Positions 36,011 through 46,155 of a DNA stretch of 64,000 nt are shown in pieces. Below the pieces are notes generated by a model. It did not search any database and had not been told where the DNA came from. It worked only from the letters and a program-made list of their open reading frames with translations. A program made the translations under genes and the position numbers. The DNA comes from Candidatus Binatia bacterium (GTDB taxonomy: Bacteria > Desulfobacterota > Binatia > UTPRO1). Within the stretch, counting starts at the first letter, position 1, and each line of letters starts with the position of its first letter. Location of the stretch: positions 37,125 to 101,124 of the forward strand of contig DASXLI010000024.1 in the NCBI GenBank assembly GCA_036496285.1, written 5' to 3'.

Positions 36011-38353
36011 GTGACTTCTGATCGCAGGCGAGCGCGGCCGCCCGGAATCAACTGGGCTTCACTCGCCCTCGCATGTTGCGTCTTCCTCGCGGCTGCGCTC
36101 GTGATGTTCGGCGACGTCCTCCTGGCCGGCAACTCCCGAATCCTCTCGATCCCGAACGAGGACATCACGCGTCCGCTCTTCTACTCCCTGCCGTTCGGAT
36201 TCGGGGAGCTCAGAAAAGGACACCTCGTCCTCTGGAATCCCTACAACTACGCCGGGCTGCCGTTCCTCGGAGCCTTCGGCCACGCACTCCTCTATCCACC
36301 GCATTGGCTGCACATGTTCCTCGCTCCCGCGCTCGGCATCGACGTCGAGATTGCGCTGCATCTGTTCCTGGCGGGCGTCTTCGTCTACCTCTGGACCTCG
36401 CACCGTCGCCTGCATCCCGCGGCGTGCATCCTGGCGGGGCTGGTCTTCATGTTCTCGGGCGCGGTGTTTCTCCAGATCTACCGCGGCCATCTGCACTGCA
36501 TCATCTCGCTGACGTGGGCCCCGCTCATCATGCTGGCCATCGACGGAGTGCTCGACGGTACGCCCCGGCCGTCCCCCCGCGTGTGGACGATGATCGGCAT
36601 GGTGGCCGTCGCCATGCAGATACTCTCCGGACACGTTCAGTACACGTTTTACACAGCCATCATCGCCGGCATCTATGCGCTGCTCCGCTGGCTGACGGCG
36701 AGCCGACGGCTGCGTGACGTCCTATGCCTGGCGATGATCTATGCAGGAGGCGCGAGCCTGGCGGCCGTGCAGCTCTTCACCGGACTGCAGGCGGCCTCGG
36801 AAGGCTATCGCACGAGCATCAGCTACGACGTTGCTGCGTCGTTCGCCTTCCCACCCGAAAACGTCCTCACCCTGATCTTTCCCGGCTTCTTCGGCGACAT
36901 GGTCTCCACGCCCTATTGGGGTCGATGGACGCTCACGGAGATGTCGCTGTTCATGGGCGTCTGCCCGTTCGTGATCGCTGTATGCGCGCTCGTACACGGC
37001 GCCAAGGGCGTGCGGCGCTTCAGCCTCCTCATGGCGGTGATCGTTCTCGTTCTCGCCTTCGGCGACTACACCCCGCTCTTCCGCCTCTTGTACGATCACG
37101 TCCCGGGCTTTCAGAACTTCCGCGGGACGACGAAGTTCACGTTCCTCGCGCTCTTGTTCCTCTCGATGCTCGTAGCGGTGGGGTTCGACTACCTGCTGCG
37201 GTCGCGCGTTCCCCGGTGGCTCGCCGTGAGCGCGTTCCTCACTAGCGCCTTGTTGACCGCGGGTGGCCTGGCGCTGGCGTCCGATTGCCGGTCGGGAGGA
37301 CGCGACATCTGGACTCCGACCCTTTCGAGGATGTCCTTCCTCGCGGAGGCCTACCAAAGCTTCATCGTCGAGCGTGCCACCGGGTCGCTCGCGGCGTGTC
37401 AGAACGCTTCGCGATCGTTGTGGATCACCGCCGGAACGTTGGCCGTGTTCGGCGCGCTGTCAGTGGCGGCACGTCGTTGGCACCGCCTCGTCTACGTCAT
37501 CGGGTTGGTCGGTGTCATCGAGCTCATGGCGTATGCCCGATATACGCGGCCGACATTCGATCCGACACCGCTCGCCGAACGCAGTGTGACCTTGCGCCGG
37601 CTACTCGATGAGCGGGATGCCGGCGACGCGCGAATCCTGAGCTACGACCCGTACTCGTACATCGCGATGGGCGCGCGCGCATACGATCTGTGGGGGGCCG
37701 AACCCGCCCTGCTCGGTCGCTACGCGCGCTTCGTCGCCCTCACGCAGCGATGGCCGACGGATGCGATCCTCGTGACCTCGGGCATGCGCACGCCTACCCC
37801 GCTGCTCGGAATGTTGCGTCTTCGATACTTGCTCCGGATGAACGCCGAGCAGATGACGCTGCTACCGACCAACCTGCCGCAGCTTCCGCGGGCCGCCCTC
37901 ATCTCCAATTGGAACGTGCTGCCGGATTCCGATCACGTCCTCGCGGCTCTTCAGGACACGACTTTCGATCCAACGCGGATCGCTCTCCTGGAACACGATC
38001 CGGGACTCACTCCGAGCGGATCCGAAGAGCCTGGACAGATCTCCATCCATGACCTCTCGACGGAGGAGATCGACATTACGGTCGACGCGCCACAACCGTC
38101 GATCCTGGTCATCAGCGACAACTACAGTGCAAGCTGGAAGGCTGCGCCTCTCGACCCGGGAGACACGCGCTCATACGTCGTCGAGCCCGCGGACTATCTG
38201 CTACGCGCGATTCCCTTGCCGGCCGGACATCATCACATCCGTCTCGAATACCGACCGTCGGCGCTGATCCTCGGGACGTGGGTAACGGTCTCGACGATCG
38301 CGGCGTGCCTGGTGGTTCTGGCGTTGGAATGGCGGCGCGTGCGCAAGCGGTGA
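36011..38353 (+). CDS. GT-C fold polytopic membrane glycosyltransferase, YfhO family-like (~780 aa)
   Basis: It has at least 12 TM helices, an LVLWNPYNYAGLPFLG motif in the first periplasmic loop, a large C-terminal soluble domain and a final TM. The probable GTG start is 14 nt after the aminotransferase stop. Confidence 0.7.
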   Translation: MTSDRRRARPPGINWASLALACCVFLAAALVMFGDVLLAGNSRILSIPNEDITRPLFYSLPFGFGELRKGHLVLWNPYNYAGLPFLGAFGHALLYPPHWLHMFLAPALGIDVEIALHLFLAGVFVYLWTSHRRLHPAACILAGLVFMFSGAVFLQIYRGHLHCIISLTWAPLIMLAIDGVLDGTPRPSPRVWTMIGMVAVAMQILSGHVQYTFYTAIIAGIYALLRWLTASRRLRDVLCLAMIYAGGASLAAVQLFTGLQAASEGYRTSISYDVAASFAFPPENVLTLIFPGFFGDMVSTPYWGRWTLTEMSLFMGVCPFVIAVCALVHGAKGVRRFSLLMAVIVLVLAFGDYTPLFRLLYDHVPGFQNFRGTTKFTFLALLFLSMLVAVGFDYLLRSRVPRWLAVSAFLTSALLTAGGLALASDCRSGGRDIWTPTLSRMSFLAEAYQSFIVERATGSLAACQNASRSLWITAGTLAVFGALSVAARRWHRLVYVIGLVGVIELMAYARYTRPTFDPTPLAERSVTLRRLLDERDAGDARILSYDPYSYIAMGARAYDLWGAEPALLGRYARFVALTQRWPTDAILVTSGMRTPTPLLGMLRLRYLLRMNAEQMTLLPTNLPQLPRAALISNWNVLPDSDHVLAALQDTTFDPTRIALLEHDPGLTPSGSEEPGQISIHDLSTEEIDITVDAPQPSILVISDNYSASWKAAPLDPGDTRSYVVEPADYLLRAIPLPAGHHHIRLEYRPSALILGTWVTVSTIAACLVVLALEWRRVRKR

Positions 38354-38378
38354 ACACGCCCCGCGAGTCTTGGGAAGA

Positions 38379-38921
38379 TCAGGCGCGCTCGCCCGAAAGG
38401 GCGGCGACCGACGTGAGGAACGCCCCCATTCCGGCTGCGATCCTGTACCATTGCCAGGCGCTCCATCGGACGAGCTCGGCAGGCACCTGGGCGACGTCGA
38501 TCGTCCCGGCAGCAAATCGCGCGTTCACCTCGCGGAAGTACGCCGGGTACAGCGCCAACACCGCGACTGCCAACAACATGGAGCACGCGAGCCAACCGAT
38601 CCCGGCGCGTCGCCGCAGCGCGTGCAGCAGGGTCGCCAGCACGGCGAGCGTCATGGCAGCGATTTCGAGCGGACCGTAGAACGCGACGAGCCGCGGCTCG
38701 TTCTCAGCGAACCAGCGCAGGAAGTCCGCCGGCGGCAGCGACCGCCAGTACGGCACGAGCACCATCTGCTCGGCGAGCATCGCGCCGGCGGAGATGCCGA
38801 GCACGGCCGTCGCGACGGCCGTCAATTGATTTCGCCCCCGCGCGGCTGGCGCCGCGCGATGGGCGTCGCCACCCGGAGTGAATCCGGGTGGCTCCCAACT
38901 CACCACGGGCCCCTCGTCCAT
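38379..38921 (-). CDS. Small 4-TM membrane protein, DUF1772-like, hypothetical
   Basis: It begins MDEGPVVSWEPP..., has four hydrophobic helices and is about 180 aa. It lies downstream of the ACAD pair. Confidence 0.45.
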   Translation of the reverse strand: MDEGPVVSWEPPGFTPGGDAHRAAPAARGRNQLTAVATAVLGISAGAMLAEQMVLVPYWRSLPPADFLRWFAENEPRLVAFYGPLEIAAMTLAVLATLLHALRRRAGIGWLACSMLLAVAVLALYPAYFREVNARFAAGTIDVAQVPAELVRWSAWQWYRIAAGMGAFLTSVAALSGERA

Positions 38922-38937
38922 CGAGGGCGCGTGGGCG

Positions 38938-39988
38938 TCACCAGCCGGCGGCGGCGAGGGCTTTCTCGAGCTGCGCCTCGGTCGAGCCGTAGAACTGCTC
39001 GAGCGTCTTGGCGCGCTTGAAGTAGAAGTGCAGGTCGAGCTCCCAGGTGAAGCCGATGCCGCCGTGCATCTGGATGGCCTCGCCGCACACGTAGCGCGCG
39101 GCGTCGCCGGCATAGGCCTTGGCGGTGGCGCACGCGAGCTTGGTGTCCTTGTCGCCGGTATCGAGGCACCACGCGGCGCGATAGACAGCCGAGCGCGTCG
39201 ACTCGGTCTTGAGCAGCATGTCGGCCATGCGGTGCTGCAGCGCCTGGAAGGCGCCGATCGGCCGCTTGAAGGCCTGGCGCGTCTGCACATAGCCGAGGGT
39301 GATCTCGAGCGAGCGGCTCATGAGGCCGAGCATCATCGCGCTCGCGCCGACGGCGCCGAGCAGATCGACCTTCTCCAGCAGCTCCGGGCCGCCGATCAGC
39401 GTGCCCTCGTTGTCGAGCTTCACCTCGGCGAAGCGCTGCCCGAGGTCGATCGTCTCGAGCGGCACGACGTCATAGGGGGCGCGGACGAGGACGATGCCTT
39501 GCGGCGTCGTGACCAGGAGCGCGTCGGTACGCGCCGCGAAGGGCACGAAGTACTTCGTGCCGCGCACCCGGCCGTTCTCGAAACGTGCCGGCTGCACGTG
39601 GTTGCCGCTGAACGGTGAGTCCTGCCGCGCGATCGTGACGAGGCTCTTGCCGTGGACGACGTCGGCGAGGAGCGCCGCCTCCTTGCCGGACGCCGCGAGG
39701 AGCGACGCCGCGAGCACGACGTCGAGGAACGGTCCGGGCGCGCACACCCGCCCCATCTCCTCGAGCACGATCGCGAGCTCGATCGTGCCGAGGCCCTGGC
39801 CATTGGCCGTCGCGGGCAGGGTGAGGCCGATGTAGCCCATGTCGGCAAGGCTCCGCCATTGCGCCGCCTCGTAGCCGTCGGGTTGGTGCTCCATGACGTT
39901 GCGCGTCTTCTCGAGCGGCAGCTCGCTGCCGAGGAAGTCGCGAGTGGAGCTCTGCAGCAGCGCCTGCTCCTCGGACAGATCGAACTTC
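38938..39988 (-). CDS. Acyl-CoA dehydrogenase family protein
   Basis: It begins MKFDLSEEQALLQSSTRDFL and has a C-terminal ACAD helical domain (YAGDAARYVCGEAIQMHGGIGFTWE). The ATGA overlap with the upstream ACAD is present, together with an AGGAGG RBS. Confidence 0.8.
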
Positions 39989-41165
39989 ATCGCCCCTCCT
40001 GCGGCAGGTTCAGCACCCGCTTGGAGATGATGTTGCGCTGCACCTCGGACGAGCCCGAGTAGATCGTGCCGGCGCGCGACCAGAGGAACTCGCGCGACCA
40101 GTCGACGTCGGGACGCGCCTCGGGGCTGGTGCGCAGCAACTGGCCGCCCGGGCCGAGGATGTCGAGCGCCGTCTCGCGGAAGCGCTTGTCGAACTCGCTC
40201 CAGAAGATCTTCTCGATCGACGACTCGGGGCCGGGCACCTTGCCGTCGGCGAGGTTGGCGAGCATGCGGAGGCCGTTGGCGCGCAGCACCTCGTTCTCGA
40301 CGAGGAGGCGCGCGAGCTTCTCGCGTACGGCGCCGCCCTCGCGGCCGAGCTCCTTGCAGGTCTGGGCCAGGAGCCGGAGGTCGCGGCCGTAGCGCTCCGA
40401 GGCCGCCAGGCCCATCGCGCCGCGCTCGAAGGCGAGCACGGTCATGGCGATCCGCCAGCCCTCGCCGATCTGGCCGACGAGATTCTCGCGCGGCACGCGC
40501 GCGTCCTCGAAGAAGACCTCGCCGAACTCGCTCTCGCCGGTGATCTGCCGCAGACGCCGGACGGTCACGCCGGGCGTGTCGAGCTTGCAGAGGATGAAGG
40601 AGATGCCGCCGTAGCGGTCCTTCGAGTCGGTGCGCGCGAGCACGAAGATCCAGTCGGCCCACGGGCCGAACGTCGTCCAGATCTTCTGGCCGTTCAGCAC
40701 GAAGTGGTCGCCGTCGATCGCGGCGCTGGTGCGGAGTGACGCGAGGTCGCTGCCGGCGCCGGGCTCGCTGAAGCCCTGGCACCAGATCTCGTCGCCGGAG
40801 AGCATCGGCGGGATGAAGCGGCGGCGCTGCGCCTCGCTGCCGTGATGGATGAGCGCGGGGCCGAGGAGGCCGATGCCGAGGGAGTTGAGGATCGGCGGCG
40901 CGTCGGCGCTCGACATCTCCGCCTCGAAGATCGACTTCTCCACCTCGGTCGCGCCGCGGCCGCCCCACTCGGCCGGCCAGTCCATGCCGAGGTAGCCGCC
41001 CTCGTAGAGCTTGCGCTGCCAGCCGCGGCGCAGCTCCATCAGGCTGTCCTCGTTGGCCTTCGGGTCGCGCAGCTCCTCGCGCCAGGGCCGGCCCATGTTG
41101 GCCTTGAGCCAGGCGCGGAGCTCATCGCGGAACTTGACGTGCGTGTCCGATAGCTGGAGGTCCAT
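39987..41165 (-). CDS. Acyl-CoA dehydrogenase
   Basis: It has ...IWCQGFSEPGAGSDLASLRTSA...GQKIWTT... and a C-terminal ...IYSGSSEVQRNIIS. Confidence 0.85.
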   Translation of the reverse strand: MDLQLSDTHVKFRDELRAWLKANMGRPWREELRDPKANEDSLMELRRGWQRKLYEGGYLGMDWPAEWGGRGATEVEKSIFEAEMSSADAPPILNSLGIGLLGPALIHHGSEAQRRRFIPPMLSGDEIWCQGFSEPGAGSDLASLRTSAAIDGDHFVLNGQKIWTTFGPWADWIFVLARTDSKDRYGGISFILCKLDTPGVTVRRLRQITGESEFGEVFFEDARVPRENLVGQIGEGWRIAMTVLAFERGAMGLAASERYGRDLRLLAQTCKELGREGGAVREKLARLLVENEVLRANGLRMLANLADGKVPGPESSIEKIFWSEFDKRFRETALDILGPGGQLLRTSPEARPDVDWSREFLWSRAGTIYSGSSEVQRNIISKRVLNLPQEGR

Positions 41166-41289
41166 CGTTCGTCCTTCGTGGTTGTGGGGAGTGCGCGAAC
41201 GGCCGCCGCTCGGCGGCGTGCCGAACCCGCTACAGAAGCCTCGCTGGAACGATCAAGTCAATAGCGCGTGGGGCGTCCGCCGATCGCGC

Positions 41290-42069
41290 TCAGGCCAGCT
41301 CGACGGAGAAGCGGATGTTGCGCTTGCTGATGCCGTCGAGGACGATCTGCACGCCGCCGCTGCGGAGCATCCACTCGACCCGGTGGTCGCGGTACTCGCG
41401 CACGAACTGGCCCGACTCGACGAGCTGCGGCAGCATCTCGAAGCCCGCCATCGACTCCGCGGCGGACGTCAGCACCTTCTGCACGCTCGGACGCTGGCGC
41501 ATGCGGTCGAGCCAGCGCTCGAGCGCCGACCCCGCCTGCGGCGGAAAGCCGCTGAGCGCCGCCGCGTTCACCGCGGGCAGGACCGAGATGTCGCCCCAGC
41601 CGACCGCGCTGCCGTTGAAGTACTCGCGCCCGCCGAGCTCGCGCTCGAGGCGCGTGTTCACGCCCGCGATCTGCTCGCCGGCGCGCGCCATGAGCGTGTC
41701 GGCGAGCGCACCGGTCGCGCGCTTGAAGAAACGGATCTCGTAGAGCGCCCAGTTGATCGCCTCGTAGTACGTGTCGCAAATCTCCTCGATCATGCGGACG
41801 CGCGCGCGCTCGGCCGGCGTCGACGGTAGCATCGGGGGCTGCGGCCACTTGTCCTCGAGGTACTCGAGGATGATCGTCGAGTCGAAGATCTTGACGTCGC
41901 CGTCGACGAGTGCGGGAATCTCGAGGCGCGGATTGGCCGCGGCGAACTCGGCCCCGCCGCCGGCGAAGATGTCCGGCACCGCCGTCTCGAACGGCAGGTT
42001 CTTCTCGAGCAGCGCGAGCTTCACCTTCTGGACATAGGGCGAGAGCGGGTGTTCGAAGAGCTTCAGCAT
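41290..42069 (-). CDS. Glutathione S-transferase
   Basis: The N-terminal thioredoxin-like region is MLKLFEHPLSPYVQKVKLALLEKNLPFE...IPALVDGDVKIFDSTIILEYL. Confidence 0.8.
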   Translation of the reverse strand: MLKLFEHPLSPYVQKVKLALLEKNLPFETAVPDIFAGGGAEFAAANPRLEIPALVDGDVKIFDSTIILEYLEDKWPQPPMLPSTPAERARVRMIEEICDTYYEAINWALYEIRFFKRATGALADTLMARAGEQIAGVNTRLERELGGREYFNGSAVGWGDISVLPAVNAAALSGFPPQAGSALERWLDRMRQRPSVQKVLTSAAESMAGFEMLPQLVESGQFVREYRDHRVEWMLRSGGVQIVLDGISKRNIRFSVELA

Positions 42070-42175
42070 GGCGGCGTCCTCCGTGACTGGCGGGATGAGC
42101 CGTCGTCATGGCACGTCGGGTGTGGTGATCCAAGGCCATTGACATATTTGGTCGAGTGACCTAACAGGTCCGTGC

Positions 42176-42811
42176 ATGATGTTGGACGGACGCCCAACCG
42201 TCGGACGTGACAGCGGCAACGGCTCGTCGGGGACGCACTCCGCGTCGCCGGGCCTCTCGCGACGCGGCTTCCTCAGGGCGGGCGTCCTCACGACCGGCGC
42301 GCTCGCCTTCGGCGCTACGATCGCGGGCTGCTTGCGCGACACTCGCGCGGTCGAGGGTGAGGAGCCCGAGGTGCTCTCCCGCGGAGAGCTTGCGACGCTC
42401 GCCGCGGTCGCCGACCGGGTGATCGCCGCGGGCGAGGGCACGCCGACGGCGCGCGAGGCGCGCACGGCCCGCCGCATCGACCGCGAGCTCACCTTCAACG
42501 AGGGACAGCTCGTCGGCGACGTACGGGCGGCGCTCGCCATGATCGAGTACGGCCCCTACCTCGATCTCCACCTGCGGCCGTTCACCCGTCTCGACCCGGC
42601 GGCGCAGGACGCCTACCTCCAGGCCTGCGCCGGGTCGTCGTGGACCTTGCGCCGCAACGCGTTCAGCGGCCTGCGCTTCCTCTGCCTCTTCTTCTACTAC
42701 ACCGACGATCGTACCTGGCGCTCGATCGGCTACGGCGGCACGATGGTCGACCGCAAGCTGCCCGAGGCCGCCAACGCCCGCGAGGTGCTCGACCAGAGGG
42801 CGCGCGCATGA
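42176..42811 (+). CDS. Tat-signal small subunit of a GMC-type dehydrogenase (gluconate 2-dehydrogenase subunit 3-like)
   Basis: It has the twin-arginine motif SRRGFLRAGVLTTGALA. It is co-transcribed by ATGA overlap with the downstream GMC flavoprotein. Confidence 0.65.
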   Translation: MMLDGRPTVGRDSGNGSSGTHSASPGLSRRGFLRAGVLTTGALAFGATIAGCLRDTRAVEGEEPEVLSRGELATLAAVADRVIAAGEGTPTAREARTARRIDRELTFNEGQLVGDVRAALAMIEYGPYLDLHLRPFTRLDPAAQDAYLQACAGSSWTLRRNAFSGLRFLCLFFYYTDDRTWRSIGYGGTMVDRKLPEAANAREVLDQRARA

Positions 42812-44352
42812 TCGTCGAGTACGGCGAGGTCACCGGCGACCGCCGCGAGCAGGTGGACGTGATCGTCATCGGCTCGGGCTGCGGCGGCGCGACCGTCGCG
42901 AAGGAGCTGGCGGCCGCGGGCCACTCGGTCCTGATCCTCGAGCGCGGCGGCTACTACACGACCGCGCGCGGCGACTTCGACCAGCGTGCCGACGACATGC
43001 TGGCACGGATCGACGGCGGCCGCGGCCTCGACACCACGACCAACGGCCAGATCGGGCTGCTGTACGGCAACTGCGTCGGCGGCGCGAGCGTCCACTACTG
43101 GGCCGACAGCTGGCGCATCCCCGCCGATCGCTGCGACCGCTACGCCGAGCTCGGCGTCGAGGGCCACGCCGACGCGGATCTCGCTCCACACTACGCCCGC
43201 ATCGAGCACGACCTGAACATCCACCCCGCGCCGCGCGAGTACTACAACCGGATGAACGAGCTCTTCGACGTGGGCGCGCGACGCCTCGGCTGGCAGGTCG
43301 AGGCCGTGCCGCAGGCGCGGAAGGGCTGCATCAAGAGCGGCCACTGCTACCAGGGCTGCGCCTTCGACGCGAAGCAGTCACAGCTCGTCACCCACATCCC
43401 GGCGGCGATCGCCGCGGGCGCGCGCCTCTTCGCCGACTGCCGGGTCGAGGCGATCACGACCGACGCGCGCGGGCGGGCGAACGGGGTGCAGGCGTCGTTC
43501 ATCGACCGGCGAACCGGGAAGCCGATGGGCCATACGCTCACCGCGACCGCGCGCTGCGTGGTCCTGGCGGCCGGCGGCTACGGCTCCCCGGTCGTCTGGC
43601 TGCGGTCGAAGCTGCCGAACTCCTCGGGCCAGGTCGGGCGAAACCTCTACTGCAATCCGACGCCCTACCTGCACGCGATCTTCCCCGAGAAGGTCGAGCA
43701 GTGGTGGAGCATCCCCACGGCGACCGGCACGATGGACTTCCGCCTGCCGCGCTACGAGGGCAGGCGCTACGTCGAGGGCGGCTACCTGCTCCACCCGAAC
43801 CAGCTCCAGCCCGAGCTTCTGGCGGTGACCCTGCCCGGGTTCGGCATCGAACATCGCCGGGTGATGGACATCCTCCCCCGGCTCGGCGGCGCGGTCTCGT
43901 GGATCGACGACGAGGTCCCGGGCGAGATCACCCTCGACCGCCGCGGCCGGCCCGTCTACCGCTACGAGATCCGCGGCGTCGACGTCCTGAAGATCCGCGA
44001 CGCGATGAAGAAGCAGGCCCTCCTTCTGCTCGCGGCCGGCGCGACCGAGGTCATCGCGCCCGACCCGACGGGCACCCGCATCCGTGACGAGAAGGAGATC
44101 AGCATCCTCGACACCCTGGACATCGCGAGCGGGGCGATCCTCTTCGGCGCCCCCCACCCCGCCGGCACGCTGCGCATGGGCGCCGATCGCCGCACCTCCG
44201 TCGTGAGCTCGAGCCACGAGGCGCACGAAGTGCCGGGCCTCTTCGTCGCCGATCCGAGCGCCTTCCCGCTGCCGCCGAGCGTCGATCCCTCGCTCGGCAT
44301 CATGGCGTGGTCGTACGTCGCGGCGGACGCCGTCCGCCGGCACCTCGCATGA
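42808..44352 (+). CDS. GMC family FAD-dependent oxidoreductase
   Basis: It has DVIVIGSGCGGATVAKELA and a C-terminal GMC motif region (GTLRMG). Confidence 0.85.
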   Translation: MIVEYGEVTGDRREQVDVIVIGSGCGGATVAKELAAAGHSVLILERGGYYTTARGDFDQRADDMLARIDGGRGLDTTTNGQIGLLYGNCVGGASVHYWADSWRIPADRCDRYAELGVEGHADADLAPHYARIEHDLNIHPAPREYYNRMNELFDVGARRLGWQVEAVPQARKGCIKSGHCYQGCAFDAKQSQLVTHIPAAIAAGARLFADCRVEAITTDARGRANGVQASFIDRRTGKPMGHTLTATARCVVLAAGGYGSPVVWLRSKLPNSSGQVGRNLYCNPTPYLHAIFPEKVEQWWSIPTATGTMDFRLPRYEGRRYVEGGYLLHPNQLQPELLAVTLPGFGIEHRRVMDILPRLGGAVSWIDDEVPGEITLDRRGRPVYRYEIRGVDVLKIRDAMKKQALLLLAAGATEVIAPDPTGTRIRDEKEISILDTLDIASGAILFGAPHPAGTLRMGADRRTSVVSSSHEAHEVPGLFVADPSAFPLPPSVDPSLGIMAWSYVAADAVRRHLA

Positions 44353-45008
44353 GCGCACCGTCGCCGCAGGCCGGGCCCGCACCGCAGCGTCCCGCGCGCC
44401 ACCGACCGGGCACCGCCGTCCTGCCGAAGGGCCGCGAGCGCCGCGACACCATCCTCGACGCCGCGACCGCGATCCTCGTGCACGAGGGCTACGCGCCCCT
44501 CTCCACGCGCAAGATCGCGGCGCGCGCCGGCATGCGACCCGGCAATCTCCAGTACTACTACCGCACCAAGGAGGACGTCGTGCGCGCCGTCCTCGAGCGC
44601 TACCTCGACCGCGCCTTCCAGGCGCTGGAGGCGCGTCTCGCGGAGGCCGACGGCGGCCCCGCCGCGCGCCTGCACTCGGCCCTCGACGCAGCGCTCGCCG
44701 ACCAGCGCTCCGCCGAGAGCTGCCGTTTCTTCTTCGAGCTCTGGGCGCTCGCCGCCCACGATCACTCGGTCGCCGAGGCCATGCGCGACTTCTATGCCCG
44801 CTACTGGCGCCGCGTCGTGGCCCTGATCCTCGACGTCAATCCGGCGCTCGGCCGCCCGCGTGCCGAGCGGCGGGCCGCGCTCCTCATCGCCACGCTCGAG
44901 GGGCTGCAGCTCTTCCGCTCGCGCACGCCGCCGCACGAGCTGCCGCTGCCGGCGCTCGAGCGCGAGCTGCGGCAGGTCGTCGATCACCTCGTGCTGGAGG
45001 GCGCATGA
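44349..45008 (+). CDS. TetR family transcriptional regulator
   Basis: The HTH reads RRDTILDAATAILVHEGYAPLSTRKIAARAGMRPGNLQYYYRTKEDVV. Confidence 0.8.
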   Translation: MSAPSPQAGPAPQRPARHRPGTAVLPKGRERRDTILDAATAILVHEGYAPLSTRKIAARAGMRPGNLQYYYRTKEDVVRAVLERYLDRAFQALEARLAEADGGPAARLHSALDAALADQRSAESCRFFFELWALAAHDHSVAEAMRDFYARYWRRVVALILDVNPALGRPRAERRAALLIATLEGLQLFRSRTPPHELPLPALERELRQVVDHLVLEGA

Positions 45009-45496
45009 TTCCGTCCGCCGAGCTGCCGCGCTTCCTCCGGGCCCGGCGTGTCGCCGTGCTCGCGATCCCGCGCGACGGGCGCTCGCCGCTCACGACGCCG
45101 ATCTGGTACGACTACGACGGCGAACGCTTCCGCATCCAAGTCGAGGCGACGAGCGCCAAGGCCAAGCTGCTCGGCCGCCGCGACGTGACGCCGGTCTCGC
45201 TCGTCGTGCAGAGCGAGGTGCCGCCCTATCGCTACGCCATCGTGTACGGCAGCGCGCTCCTCCGCGCGGACGCCGATCCGGCGCTCCGCCGCCGCGTCGC
45301 GCGCCGCTACTTCGGCCGCATCGCAGGCGACCAGTACATCGCGCAGGAGGACGCCGCCGGCCGCGGCGTCGACGCGCAGCGCATCATCGAGATCACACCG
45401 GAGCGGCTGGTGAGCCACGACTTCCGTCCGGAGGCGGGCTGGTTCGGCCGGCTCTACTTCGGTATCTATCGCTGGTTCCGGCCGGTGCCGGCGTAG
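45005..45496 (+). CDS. Pyridoxamine 5'-phosphate oxidase-like FMN/F420-binding split-barrel protein
   Basis: It has a PNPOx-like fold signature (VAVLAIPRDGRSPLTTPIWYDYDGERFRI). It is 163 aa. Confidence 0.65.
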   Translation: MIPSAELPRFLRARRVAVLAIPRDGRSPLTTPIWYDYDGERFRIQVEATSAKAKLLGRRDVTPVSLVVQSEVPPYRYAIVYGSALLRADADPALRRRVARRYFGRIAGDQYIAQEDAAGRGVDAQRIIEITPERLVSHDFRPEAGWFGRLYFGIYRWFRPVPA

Positions 45497-45507
45497 GAGG
45501 TAGGCCC

Positions 45508-46137
45508 ATGCTCGTCGTCCATCACCTCAACGACTCGCGCTCGGACCGCATCCTCTGGCTGCTCGAGGAGCTCGGCCTTCCCTATGAGATCCGCACCTAT
45601 CAGCGGAACGCCACGACCCGGTTCGCGCCGCCGGAGTTGAAGGCGATCCATCCGCTCGGCAAATCGCCGGTCATCACCGACGGCGATCGCACGATCGCGG
45701 AGTCGGGCGCGATCATCGACTACGTCATCCGCCGCCATGGCGGCGGCCGGCTGCAGCCGAATCCCACGTCGCCGCTCTACGACGAGTACGTACAGTGGCT
45801 GCACTACGCCGAGGGCTCGGCGACCTTGCCGCTCCTCGTGCTGTTGTTCACGACCTGGATGGGCGGCGGCGCCGCCGAGCCGCTCCAGCGCCGCATCGAC
45901 GAGGAGATCGCCAACCACCTCGGGTACGTCGAGCGCGCGCTCGCCGGGCGGGAGTTCCTGGTCGGTACCGAGCTGACCGGCGCCGACGTACAGATGACGT
46001 TCGTCGCCGAGATGGCGAAGCTCCTGGGACGGCTCGGCGACTATCCGAACCTGAGCGCCTACGTCGCGCGCATGCACGCGCGGCCGGCGTACCGCCGCGC
46101 CATCGAGCGCGGCGGCCCGTCCATGCTCGACGTCTGA
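45508..46137 (+). CDS. Glutathione S-transferase
   Basis: It begins MLVVHHLNDSRSDRILWLLEELGLPYEI...HPLGKSPVITDGDRTIAESGAIIDYV and has a GGAGG RBS. Confidence 0.8.
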   Translation: MLVVHHLNDSRSDRILWLLEELGLPYEIRTYQRNATTRFAPPELKAIHPLGKSPVITDGDRTIAESGAIIDYVIRRHGGGRLQPNPTSPLYDEYVQWLHYAEGSATLPLLVLLFTTWMGGGAAEPLQRRIDEEIANHLGYVERALAGREFLVGTELTGADVQMTFVAEMAKLLGRLGDYPNLSAYVARMHARPAYRRAIERGGPSMLDV

Positions 46138-46155
46138 GCCGCGGCGCGCTCGCGC

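Noticed and set aside
38938-40968. A single 676-aa minus-strand ORF spanning both acyl-CoA dehydrogenase genes
   Set aside because: Only its C-terminal 350 aa (from MKFDLSEEQ, with an AGGAGG RBS at 39988) are a real ACAD. The N-terminal part is the out-of-frame read of the upstream ACAD (39987..41165), which has its own frame and stop (ATGA overlap).
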